Shown piece after piece: positions 17,794 to 27,574 of a stretch of 41,231 nt of DNA. A program made the position numbers and the translations under genes. This stretch comes from Armatimonadia bacterium. Lineage in GTDB: Bacteria > Armatimonadota > Zipacnadia > Zipacnadales > UBA11051. How positions within the stretch are numbered: the stretch's first letter is position 1; each line of letters begins with the position of its first letter. The stretch covers positions 1-41,231 of the forward strand of contig JBDKRC010000003.1 in the NCBI GenBank assembly GCA_039683575.1, written 5' to 3'. Under the pieces are notes generated by a model. The model did not search any database, was not told where the DNA came from, and saw nothing but the letters and a program-made list of their open reading frames with translations.

Positions 17794-20739
17794 TCACTTC
17801 ACCAGCATATAGTACGCAGTCCCGCCCGCCTCCAGCACCGTCTCAAACCGCGTCCGCCCCTTCTCCACCTTGCTCGGCACCAGCAGCGGCGTCGCCTGAT
17901 CCAGGTCCACAACCTCCCGGAACACCCCCTGCACCGATACCATGCCCTGCGTCGCCTTGTCCGGATCGGCATTCAGCACACAGAGCACCTCCCGCCCATC
18001 CGGCAGCCGCCGCAGCAATAGCTCCAGCGAAGTCCCCGGAGCCTCCGCAGGCTTCTCCGCCGCCTTCTCCACCACGCTCCGGGCAAATCCCTGCTCCGAC
18101 TTGCTCAGCCTCTCCAGCGGCGCGGTCAGTACCGCTAACCTGTTGCTCTCCACCACTCCCGGCGATGCATCCTTCACGGCCCACGTCGCGCCCTCCGCCG
18201 TCATCTGGGAAGTGGGGAAATCGGCCGCCTTCAAAAGCTCGCCATTCGGCTTCCCCAACTCATCCCATACCCCCGGCAGCCCCGACGAGATCACGGTCCC
18301 GCCTTTGCCCATGAACTCCACCAGCTGCTTCGTAAACGCCGCGCTCAAATGCGGCGCAAAGGGCAGTATGACCACCTTGAAGTCGCTCAGCTTCGCCCGT
18401 CCCTCTTCAAACCACGTGTCCGGCAAGGCCTCATACTTCACGTCAGCCGGATATAAGACGTTATGCCACGCCACCCATTCCCTCCAAGTCGCCCCATTGC
18501 GCCCCTGCGCCAGCATGGACGCATACGGCTGCACCAGCACCACCTTCGACGGCACAATCTCGCTGTCGAGCAGCAGCGACTCGAACCGGTCCACCTTCGC
18601 CTTCTCCACCGGGTACCCGGCCGCGCAATACCTGAACGTGGTCAGGTCGTACACGGGGTTGAACCAGTTGCCGTTGTAGCTCAGCAAGTATGGCGCCGAC
18701 GTATAGGCATACCACCAGACCTGAATGGCCCGGCCCCACACCGCGTGCCGGAACAGGTACCGCCGCATCTGCGCCCGCATCACCTTCTCCTCGGCCATGC
18801 GTTTCGGATGGTCTTCCTGGCAGCCCCAGAAGTTCTCAAACAGCGACGTCGGCTGCTTGGTGTACCGCTGCGTGGACGCCAGCCACACCATCATCGGCAT
18901 CGTCGTCCGGGCCCGGTTATGATAGCCCAAAATGTCCACGCCCTCCCACACCCTTGGGCTCAGCACCCTGTCCATCAGCCCGCTCTGCTGCCCCACCACC
19001 GGCTTGGTCGGGTCCTGCGCTGCCACCGCGTCCCGGATCGTCCCCAGGTAATCGACATAGCTCTCCTGCGCCCACCGCTGGCTCTCAATGGCCTGCGGAG
19101 TGCTTGCCTCTCCCGGCTTCGGGCTGCCCTCGGGCACCGGCAGTAGCTCCGCAAAGTCCTTGTGCGCCGTCCCCCAACGCTTGTTCAGCGCCTCAATCGT
19201 CCCGTAGCGCTTCTTCAGATACTCCTGAAACAGGGCCGCATGGCTCGGATTGGCCCCCACGCGCACTCCGCCCGCATACGGGCCCGCCGACTCCCATGCC
19301 GTCACATAGAACTTGAACTCCGGCTTGTCTGCGAAGAATGCCGCCATCTGCCCCAGCACGTCCACCATGTGCCCCCGCACCCGCGCGTCGAGCCAGTTGA
19401 AGTTCGTCACCCCGCTCGGCGTTCCCAGCGGCTTGCCATCCTCGCCAAACAGCCGCAACTCCGGGTCATTCTTCTGCTGCTCGGCAAACTCCGGCGCCAG
19501 GTACCCCTTGTCATGCAGCGCATAGTGAGTGATCAGCGATGACTCCGTCGCCCCCGCCGCCCGCTTCTTCTCCCACTCGGTCATATAGTTGGACCAGTCC
19601 GCCTTGCCATTGGTGAAGCTTGCCGGATACCCGGCCGTCAGCGTGTGCCCCGGCCCCAGGTCCAACGGCTTCTCCAGATCCCAGAACTCCGGCGTGCTCC
19701 ACCGGCTCCACAGCAGGTACCGGTTCGTCTTCTTTTGAGGGTCCCACCACGGCTGCGTCTTGTCGACTGTCCGCCACGTCAACGGCCGCAAGAGCTTTCC
19801 TACGCGCGCCACCTGGCTCTGCCAGTCTGACAGCGCGGTCTCCGTCTGCTTCACCTGCTCCTCCAGCTTCGCGATAGCAGGGTCGAAGTCGGTCTCCAGC
19901 GCTTCCGCATTCTTCGCCGCATACAGCCGCCCGTAGGTCTGCTGCAGGACGTCCAGATCGGCCAGAATGCCTTCCACGGCCTGCTCGTGCCGCACCATCT
20001 GCTCCGCCGGCCGCCCGGCATAGAGCGCCGTCCGCCGCGCGCGCGCCAGGTCCTCCTGCAAAAACCCCACCCGCACCAGCAGCCGGTTCCACCGGTCCGC
20101 CCGCGGCAGGAACGGTGACTGGGTCTCCCGCAGCTTCATGAACCCATTCAACGGCGCATTCCCAAGCTCCACCTGCATGGGGTCATAGAGATACATGGAG
20201 TCAAACGTCCGCACCCCCGGCGGCGCCAACTCGAGCTTGAGCCCCGACACCCGCACCGTCGCCTCAGTGTTGCGGACCCAGATGCCGACACTCGCGGCCG
20301 CCGTCCCCTTCGGCACCGGCACGCGATACACCGCATGTGTCCAGCCCTCCTCCTGCGTCTCCTTCAGGGGCAGGTAGTCATCCCCGCTGATCCACTTGCC
20401 GGCCGCATCGCGGAAGATAATGCGGAAATCCACCTCGGGATTGGGCGTCCGAGCCTCGATCTTCCACCACGCCTCCGCCCGGTACCGCTCCCCGGCCTTG
20501 AACTTGTCAGTGGAGGTCATGACCATGACGTCATGCGCGGCGTTGGCGGCGTCAATCCGCAGTGCGGGCCGCCCCTGAAAGCCCCCGGCAGGCTCAACCT
20601 CCCACCTATGGGCCACCGTCCCCGACCACTCGGTCCAACCTTCTTTGCCCTTGCTGAAATCCAGGTTAGGCACCTCCAGCGCCTGTCCGAACACACTGGC
20701 AGCCACCATCAGCATCAGCAAAACGCCCATAAGTCGCAT
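17794..20739 (-). CDS. Secreted GH42 beta-galactosidase-like protein with N-terminal CBM-like domain
   Basis: Signal peptide; YLKKRYGTIEALNKRWGT GH42-like motif; candidate catalytic Glu in WES and FEN; C-terminal trimerisation-like domain; RBS GGAGGT. Confidence 0.7.
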   Translation of the reverse strand: MRLMGVLLMLMVAASVFGQALEVPNLDFSKGKEGWTEWSGTVAHRWEVEPAGGFQGRPALRIDAANAAHDVMVMTSTDKFKAGERYRAEAWWKIEARTPNPEVDFRIIFRDAAGKWISGDDYLPLKETQEEGWTHAVYRVPVPKGTAAASVGIWVRNTEATVRVSGLKLELAPPGVRTFDSMYLYDPMQVELGNAPLNGFMKLRETQSPFLPRADRWNRLLVRVGFLQEDLARARRTALYAGRPAEQMVRHEQAVEGILADLDVLQQTYGRLYAAKNAEALETDFDPAIAKLEEQVKQTETALSDWQSQVARVGKLLRPLTWRTVDKTQPWWDPQKKTNRYLLWSRWSTPEFWDLEKPLDLGPGHTLTAGYPASFTNGKADWSNYMTEWEKKRAAGATESSLITHYALHDKGYLAPEFAEQQKNDPELRLFGEDGKPLGTPSGVTNFNWLDARVRGHMVDVLGQMAAFFADKPEFKFYVTAWESAGPYAGGVRVGANPSHAALFQEYLKKRYGTIEALNKRWGTAHKDFAELLPVPEGSPKPGEASTPQAIESQRWAQESYVDYLGTIRDAVAAQDPTKPVVGQQSGLMDRVLSPRVWEGVDILGYHNRARTTMPMMVWLASTQRYTKQPTSLFENFWGCQEDHPKRMAEEKVMRAQMRRYLFRHAVWGRAIQVWWYAYTSAPYLLSYNGNWFNPVYDLTTFRYCAAGYPVEKAKVDRFESLLLDSEIVPSKVVLVQPYASMLAQGRNGATWREWVAWHNVLYPADVKYEALPDTWFEEGRAKLSDFKVVILPFAPHLSAAFTKQLVEFMGKGGTVISSGLPGVWDELGKPNGELLKAADFPTSQMTAEGATWAVKDASPGVVESNRLAVLTAPLERLSKSEQGFARSVVEKAAEKPAEAPGTSLELLLRRLPDGREVLCVLNADPDKATQGMVSVQGVFREVVDLDQATPLLVPSKVEKGRTRFETVLEAGGTAYYMLVK

Positions 20740-20784
20740 GGCTCTACCTCCGGTACGCCAAATGTGGGAGGGGTCAACGACCCC

Positions 20785-21257
20785 TGCCATTTCGGGGGCA
20801 CTGACCTCGACGCCCCCCAACACGCGTGTCATTCTGAGGAGCGTCGTTTGCGACGAAGAATCTCCGGCACCCAACAAGCCCCGAGATCCTTCACTTCGTT
20901 CAGGATGACAACCTCGTGCGCCAGCCGTTCCTCACCGCTGATCGCTGCCGTTTGGGGGGACACTGCCCTCGACGCCCCCCCAACACGCGTGTCATTCTGA
21001 GGAGCGTCGTTTGCGACGAAGAATCCCCGCCCACCACCAAGCCCCGAGATCCTTCACTTCGTTCAGGATGACAACCTCGTGCGCCAGCCGTTCCTCACCG
21101 CTGATCGCTGCCGTTGGGGGGGCATTGCCCTCGACGGCCCCCAACACGCGTGTCATTCTGAGGAGCGTCGTTTGCGACGAGGAATCTCCGGCACCCACCA
21201 AGCCCCGAGATCCTTCACTTCGTTCAGGATGACAACCTCGTGCGCCCGCCGTTCCTG
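20785..21257. repeat. Tandem array, three ~161-163-bp units each containing a TGTCAT-family REP doublet
   Basis: tgtcattctgaggagc...caggatgaca at 20827-20910, 20990-21073 and 21151-21234; the linkers are also nearly identical. Confidence 0.92.
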
Positions 21258-21285
21258 ACCCCTGATTCCTGAAACCTGATCCCTG
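21252..21285. repeat. Heptamer tandem repeat (NNCCTGA)x5
   Basis: ttcctga cccctga ttcctga aacctga tccctg. Confidence 0.7.
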
Positions 21286-21288
21286 CCT

Positions 21289-22782
21289 CTATATCTGTAT
21301 TCTCTTCCACTTCCCCATCTGGAAGATTCCTCCCGTCACCATCGCCTGCGCCACCATCGAGACTGCCAGGCCGATCCACGCTCCGATCGGCCCCATGCCG
21401 AGCTTCAGCGCTAGCAGCCATGCCAGCGACGGACCTATTACCAGTGTGCAGATGAGCGTCGCCCACAGCGGGCTCATGGTGTCCCCAGCCCCGCGCAGGC
21501 CGCCGGAGAAGGCCATGGAGACGGTTGCAAACGGCAGCGACGCAGACAGGAACAACAGCGCCCACCAGCCCCAGTACATGGCCTGCGGGTCATCAGTGAA
21601 GAACCGTACCAGGGGATGGCCGAATACGATGCATAGCCCGCCGAGGATGGTTGAGCTGATCGCGGAGATATAGACCACATGCCAGCAGCTCTTCTCGGCC
21701 CGGTGGTCATTGTTCGCTCCCATGTTCTGTCCGACTGCCGTCATCGCCGCCGTCATCATCGCCAGGCCGATGAAGATGCCCAGCGCCCCCCACTGCCCCG
21801 CCACCGTGTGTCCGGAGATTGCGAAGGTTCCCGCCACAGTGTGGTTCAGGATCGCCGCCAGCATCAGGTAGGCCACGTTACGCGTCAGGCCCTGCAGCGA
21901 GGAGGGCATGCCGATGTAGAACATCTTGCCCCAGATGGGCCAGTGTATCCGCCACGAGTGCTTCAGCGGCACGGTAATGGCATAGCGCCCGCTGGTTACC
22001 ACCCAGATCATGTAGATCGCCGCGACACCCCGGGACAGCACAACCGCCCACGCTGCCCCGGCCACCCCCATCGCGGGGACCGGGCCCACCCCGAAGATCA
22101 TCACATACCCGCTCGCAATATGCAGCACGTTCATCCACATTAGGGTGTAAAGCGGCGTGAGAGTGTCCCCGGCTCCCTGGAGCGCCGCCGGGAGCATGAA
22201 GTTAATGATCAGGCCGATAGAGCCCCAGAAGAAGGCCTGCATGTACGCGGTGCCAAAGTGCAGCACTTGCCCATCCACGCCCAGGAGCGCCAGCGAGGGC
22301 CGGGCCAGCACCAGGCCCAGCGGGACCATCAGGATGCCCACGATGATTGAGATAATGATCGTCTGGCGGGTCACCTCGGCCACCCGGTCCGGCCGCTTGG
22401 CCCCCGTGTACCGCGCCACGAGCACCTGCGTGCCCGTCCCGATCGCGAAGATGATCGCCATGATGGTGAAGATGATGCCCTGGGACTGGCCGACCGCCGC
22501 AATGGCCTCCGGGCCGAGGCTGCTGACCATTTTGGTGTCGGCCCCGCCCATGATCCAGTTCAGCACCGCGCCGGTCACAATCGGCCACGACAGTAACGCG
22601 ATGCCCTTCAGCAGGTGGCCCTCCGTCAGGTCCACACCCCCGCGTTTTGTGGTCTCCGGCGTGACCATACCGCTTACCGGAGTGTGGATCGCTTCAGAAT
22701 CCTCAGTGATGGTATAGCCGTTGGACCGCTGGCCAAGGTTGTTATTGTTATTGTCATTGTCTGTGTTCGGGTCTTTAGTCAT
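21289..22782 (-). CDS. MATE family efflux transporter
   Basis: DLTEG, two halves with LQGAGDT / LRGAGDT, GVAGAAWA, GQNMGA; 12 TM segments. Confidence 0.93.
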   Translation of the reverse strand: MTKDPNTDNDNNNNNLGQRSNGYTITEDSEAIHTPVSGMVTPETTKRGGVDLTEGHLLKGIALLSWPIVTGAVLNWIMGGADTKMVSSLGPEAIAAVGQSQGIIFTIMAIIFAIGTGTQVLVARYTGAKRPDRVAEVTRQTIIISIIVGILMVPLGLVLARPSLALLGVDGQVLHFGTAYMQAFFWGSIGLIINFMLPAALQGAGDTLTPLYTLMWMNVLHIASGYVMIFGVGPVPAMGVAGAAWAVVLSRGVAAIYMIWVVTSGRYAITVPLKHSWRIHWPIWGKMFYIGMPSSLQGLTRNVAYLMLAAILNHTVAGTFAISGHTVAGQWGALGIFIGLAMMTAAMTAVGQNMGANNDHRAEKSCWHVVYISAISSTILGGLCIVFGHPLVRFFTDDPQAMYWGWWALLFLSASLPFATVSMAFSGGLRGAGDTMSPLWATLICTLVIGPSLAWLLALKLGMGPIGAWIGLAVSMVAQAMVTGGIFQMGKWKRIQI

Positions 22783-22987
22783 GAACGAACTCGCTGATCA
22801 ATACCATGATAATGAGAAGCGCGACTGCGCCAGAGGCGTTAGGCCGCGCAAAAGGACATGGTTCATTGACGAAATAGGGGGCCCAACGCGTCAGCAAAAG
22901 TTAACCAATGTAACGATTCAGGGCCAAAAATCAAGCAAACAGTTTGCTCTCGAAACAGTTCCCTGAAGCCCAATACGTAACGTTTTT

Positions 22988-23869
22988 CTATCGGAAATAG
23001 ATAATCAAGCCCGCCGCCAGTGCATAGAGGAGGATGTTGATCATGAGCGGCCAGTCCCGCAAGAGCGCGCGGTCCGGGTGTCCGCCCATGTCCTTTTCGT
23101 GTACCAGATACAGGTACCGGAAAATCCCATAGATCACGAAGGGGATGGTATACAAAAGCCGGGTACTGCCCACCATCGCCACCGTCCGGTCGCTGATGGT
23201 ATATAACGCATAAGACATGAGCGTCGAGGCGGTCATTACTGAGATCATCTGGTCGAGAAGCTCGGTCGAATACTCGCCCAGCGTGGCGCGGTGGCTGGCG
23301 GCCTCTTCGCCGAGGGTCATGATCTCGCCGCGCCGCTTCGCCAGCGCCAGGAACAGGGAGAGGAGCAGGGTGCAGATGATCAGCCAGGGGGAAATCTCGG
23401 CCCGGATCGCCGCCGCGCCGGCCACGGCGCGCAGGACGAAGCCAGAGGCGACGCAGAACACGTCCACGATGAGGACATGCTTCAGAAACAGGCTGTAGGA
23501 CAGCGTGATGGCTACATACGAGGCGCAGATGGCCAGCAGCAGCCATCCTCCGGACCACAGGGACGCATAGAGCCCGGCCACCGTCAGCACCGACGCGGCG
23601 CTGACGGCCGTACCGACGGAGACCCGACCGGAAGCAAGTGGCCGGTGCCGCTTGACCGGGTCGAGGCGGTCGCGCTCCACGTCCAGGCAGTCGTTGATCA
23701 GGTACATGGCCCCGGCCAGGACGCAGAAGATGACGAAGGCCTCCACGGCCTCAGCCACCGCCCTGGGGTCGAACGCCTTCTGGGCGAACAAGAGGGCCGC
23801 AAACACCAGCAGGTTCTTGGTCCACTGGCGCGGCCGCATTGACTTGAGTAAGTCAACCAGGAGGCGCAT
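22988..23869 (-). CDS. UbiA-family prenyltransferase (decaprenyl-phosphate phosphoribosyltransferase-like)
   Basis: MRPRQWTKN, YLINDCLDVERDRLDPVKRHRPLASG, KRRGE, YGIFRY. Confidence 0.9.
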   Translation of the reverse strand: MRLLVDLLKSMRPRQWTKNLLVFAALLFAQKAFDPRAVAEAVEAFVIFCVLAGAMYLINDCLDVERDRLDPVKRHRPLASGRVSVGTAVSAASVLTVAGLYASLWSGGWLLLAICASYVAITLSYSLFLKHVLIVDVFCVASGFVLRAVAGAAAIRAEISPWLIICTLLLSLFLALAKRRGEIMTLGEEAASHRATLGEYSTELLDQMISVMTASTLMSYALYTISDRTVAMVGSTRLLYTIPFVIYGIFRYLYLVHEKDMGGHPDRALLRDWPLMINILLYALAAGLIIYFR

Positions 23870-23898
23870 ACCGGGTCCTTGTTACGATGAATGTGGCA

Positions 23899-23990
23899 GC
23901 GGGCGAGACGCCCGCACTACGCGGTGGTCGTTGATGGCGACCGGACGGACCACGGTCCGCCCGTACAGACGGAGCGGTTGGAAGCCGGCG

Positions 23991-23995
<5 letters not shown>
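23899..23995. repeat. REP-like palindromes (reverse orientation)
   Basis: gcgggcgagacgcccgcactacgcgg is the reverse complement of 10673-10698; also ggacggaccacggtccgcccgtaca. Confidence 0.65.
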
Positions 23996-25526
<1,531 letters not shown>

Positions 25527-25569
25527 CAATACTGCCTCAACATTTTCCCTGAAATTGTCGCGATTTCGT

Positions 25570-25597
25570 TTGACTTCAACGCTGGCTGGGGTATAAT
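25570..25597 (+). promoter_or_regulatory. Sigma70-type promoter driving a small RNA
   Basis: TTGACT-16 nt-TATAAT, with no plus-strand gene downstream. Confidence 0.7.
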
Positions 25598-25603
25598 CAG
25601 CCC

Positions 25604-25670
25604 AATCCAGATGTTCTTGGAGGTGGAAGGCTAGTCCTTCGGAGAGCTCACTTTGGTGGGCTCTTTTTCT
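25604..25670 (+). ncRNA. Putative DUF3800-associated small structured RNA
   Basis: Lies between a consensus promoter and an intrinsic terminator; hairpins UCCAG/UUGGA and GAAGG-CUAGU-CCUUC; convergent with DUF3800. The 5' end is estimated. Confidence 0.6.
25643..25670 (+). terminator. Intrinsic terminator
   Basis: AGAGCUCAC-UUUG-GUGGGCUCU 9-bp stem followed by a U tract on the + strand. Confidence 0.75.
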
Positions 25671-26453
25671 TTACGGCAGCCACTTCGTACCCCACCCCTC
25701 AATCTTCTGCGCCCTATTTCTCAGATACTTGCTACGGTGAAGAATCTCCAGCACCTGTGCTCCGAAGTCCGGGGCGGCAGGGAGGTTGTTACGGGCCTGG
25801 AGAAGCCCTTTGCGGCTCGGGTACGCGATGAGATCGGCGAGTTGCAGGCCAGCGATGTTGTTGGCTTTGGGCTTCACCTTGAGTTGCTTGCTACTCAGGG
25901 CGACTCGAAATTGCTCGTGCCTCACGTACTCGGTGCCTGCAGTCCACACGCCCTCGAAGGACGCTTTCAGCCTCTGATCTTCTCTTCCCCCACGAGACTC
26001 GGCCAATACATCGCCGGTAAATCCATGCAACTCCAACCATGTCACGTACCGCTCCAACAGCACCTGCATGGCATAGTGGTATGGATCATGGCGCCAGACT
26101 CTGTACCGCTCCAGTTGCTCCTGTTTGTCTATTATGACGGTGACTACTTGATACTCCCAATCATTCAGCAACTGCAGTAGTTCACGATCAAACTCCAGGC
26201 ATGTCTCCGGATCGTGTAGACATTGAAAGGGCGGGTTCTTACGCACGATATCCTGCCGGTGCAAGATGACAGGATCGTCTGGATGCGTGTCGAAGAAACG
26301 AGCCTTCATCCCTTCCAGGGCCGGGACCACGACATCCTTCACATAGCCAAGCTCAAGGATGACCCCTGTCAGACTGAGGTAGCGATACAACTCATCCCGA
26401 CATGACTTATGTGAGGCATGACCAACCTCGTCAACGTACATGCGGTACTTCAT
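25671..26453 (-). CDS. DUF3800 domain protein
   Basis: N-terminal MYVDEVG, GLQLADLIAYP, C-terminal GWGTKWLP; lower GC than flanking genes. Confidence 0.85.
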   Translation of the reverse strand: MKYRMYVDEVGHASHKSCRDELYRYLSLTGVILELGYVKDVVVPALEGMKARFFDTHPDDPVILHRQDIVRKNPPFQCLHDPETCLEFDRELLQLLNDWEYQVVTVIIDKQEQLERYRVWRHDPYHYAMQVLLERYVTWLELHGFTGDVLAESRGGREDQRLKASFEGVWTAGTEYVRHEQFRVALSSKQLKVKPKANNIAGLQLADLIAYPSRKGLLQARNNLPAAPDFGAQVLEILHRSKYLRNRAQKIEGWGTKWLP

Positions 26454-26471
26454 GTACTTCCCCCCGGCATG

Positions 26472-27539
26472 TTACCGTCTGTCCTGCGCCCGCTGCCTCA
26501 CTGCTTCTATATCCTCATCGCTGAGCTGCCGCTCGAAGCTGCGGAAGCCGCCTAGCTTGAAGCCATGCTTTTTGCCGAGGGCCGCCGTCTCTTCGACCTG
26601 CTCGATCTTGAGGTCCGCGCCGAGGGAATAGTCGCCCGTGTGGCCCTCCAGCGCCAGAATCATGGTCTCGGCCATACAGGCGTAGGCCATGCCGGGCGGG
26701 AAGCCGAAGTTGAACTCGATGTTGGGCGGCCCGGGCACTGCCACGGCTCCGCCCTCAATCACCAGCACGTCGTCGCGCTCCTCGGCTACACGCCGTGACA
26801 CGTCGCGGGGGCGGGCGATGTCGCAGACTACCGCACCGGGCTTGAGATGCTCGGGCTCGACTATGGCCTCCACCGAGGCCGTGACCGCGATGACCATGTC
26901 GGCCTCGCGCAGGGCCGCTTTGAGGTCCGTCTCCGCCTTGACGTTCTCCGGATTGCCCAACTCCTCGATCAAGGCTTGTAGCTTCTCGGGCTTGCGCCCC
27001 ACCAGCGTTAGCGACCCCACCTGTGGGGCCATGATCTTGGCGCAGATCTTGCCGATTGAGCCGGTCGCGCCGAGAATGGTCGCCCGCGCGTCCTTGGCCA
27101 CGATGCCCATCTTCTCGGCAGCAAGCAGTGTGCCTTCGATGCCGGTGGCAGTAGTGTAGCTGTTGCCGGTGGTGACGCCGATGTCGAGGCGCTCGGCGAT
27201 AGTGAAACCCTTGTCGCCGACGACCGAGGTAAAGGCACCGAGGCCGACGATTTCGGCCCCGAGGTCAGCGGCCTGCTTGCAGGCGTCCACGATCTTGCGA
27301 GTGCACTTTTCCGGGTCACCGTTCAGAAGCTGGCGGGCGGTCAGCGGGCAGCCGACGAACCAGCCTTCGGTTTCGGCGCCGGTCGGGGACTTGACGCCAG
27401 TGATGCGCCCGCAGTCCTGGGGCGGCATTACCCCCAGCATCGCCTCTACCCACGAGTTCGGCACGGCCCGCAAGAAAGGGTACTTCCTGCCGATGTCGCT
27501 AACGTGCAGGGGATGGATAATGAAAGCAAATTTCGTCAA
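26472..27539 (-). CDS. NAD(P)-dependent reductase, long-chain acyl-ACP reductase / COG5322-like
   Basis: FAFIIHP, GLGAFTS, TTGNSYT, GATGSIG, CDIARPRD, AYACMAETMILALEG. Confidence 0.8.
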   Translation of the reverse strand: MTKFAFIIHPLHVSDIGRKYPFLRAVPNSWVEAMLGVMPPQDCGRITGVKSPTGAETEGWFVGCPLTARQLLNGDPEKCTRKIVDACKQAADLGAEIVGLGAFTSVVGDKGFTIAERLDIGVTTGNSYTTATGIEGTLLAAEKMGIVAKDARATILGATGSIGKICAKIMAPQVGSLTLVGRKPEKLQALIEELGNPENVKAETDLKAALREADMVIAVTASVEAIVEPEHLKPGAVVCDIARPRDVSRRVAEERDDVLVIEGGAVAVPGPPNIEFNFGFPPGMAYACMAETMILALEGHTGDYSLGADLKIEQVEETAALGKKHGFKLGGFRSFERQLSDEDIEAVRQRAQDRR

Positions 27540-27574
27540 AAGGGTATGTCCTTGTCGTCAGGCGTCGATACCTG

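Noticed and set aside
20992-21232. Short ORFs (69-73 aa) and the N-terminal extension of the 1027-aa ORF
   Set aside because: They are translations of the palindromic repeat array; the real start with RBS is at 20739.
20785-21257. CRISPR array
   Set aside because: The units are near-identical over their whole ~162 bp with no unique spacers, and no cas genes are present.
22735-22770. Poly-Asn stretch at the MATE N-terminus as a contingency repeat
   Set aside because: Mixed AAC/AAT/GAC codons, in frame and short; just a low-complexity tail.
22783-22987. oriC or dif site in the AT-rich gap
   Set aside because: No DnaA-box cluster or XerCD dif-like sequence is recognisable; probably just a promoter region.
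25653-26180. 175-aa plus-strand ORF downstream of the 25570 promoter
   Set aside because: It starts inside the terminator hairpin and is antisense to DUF3800; the transcript should end near 25670.
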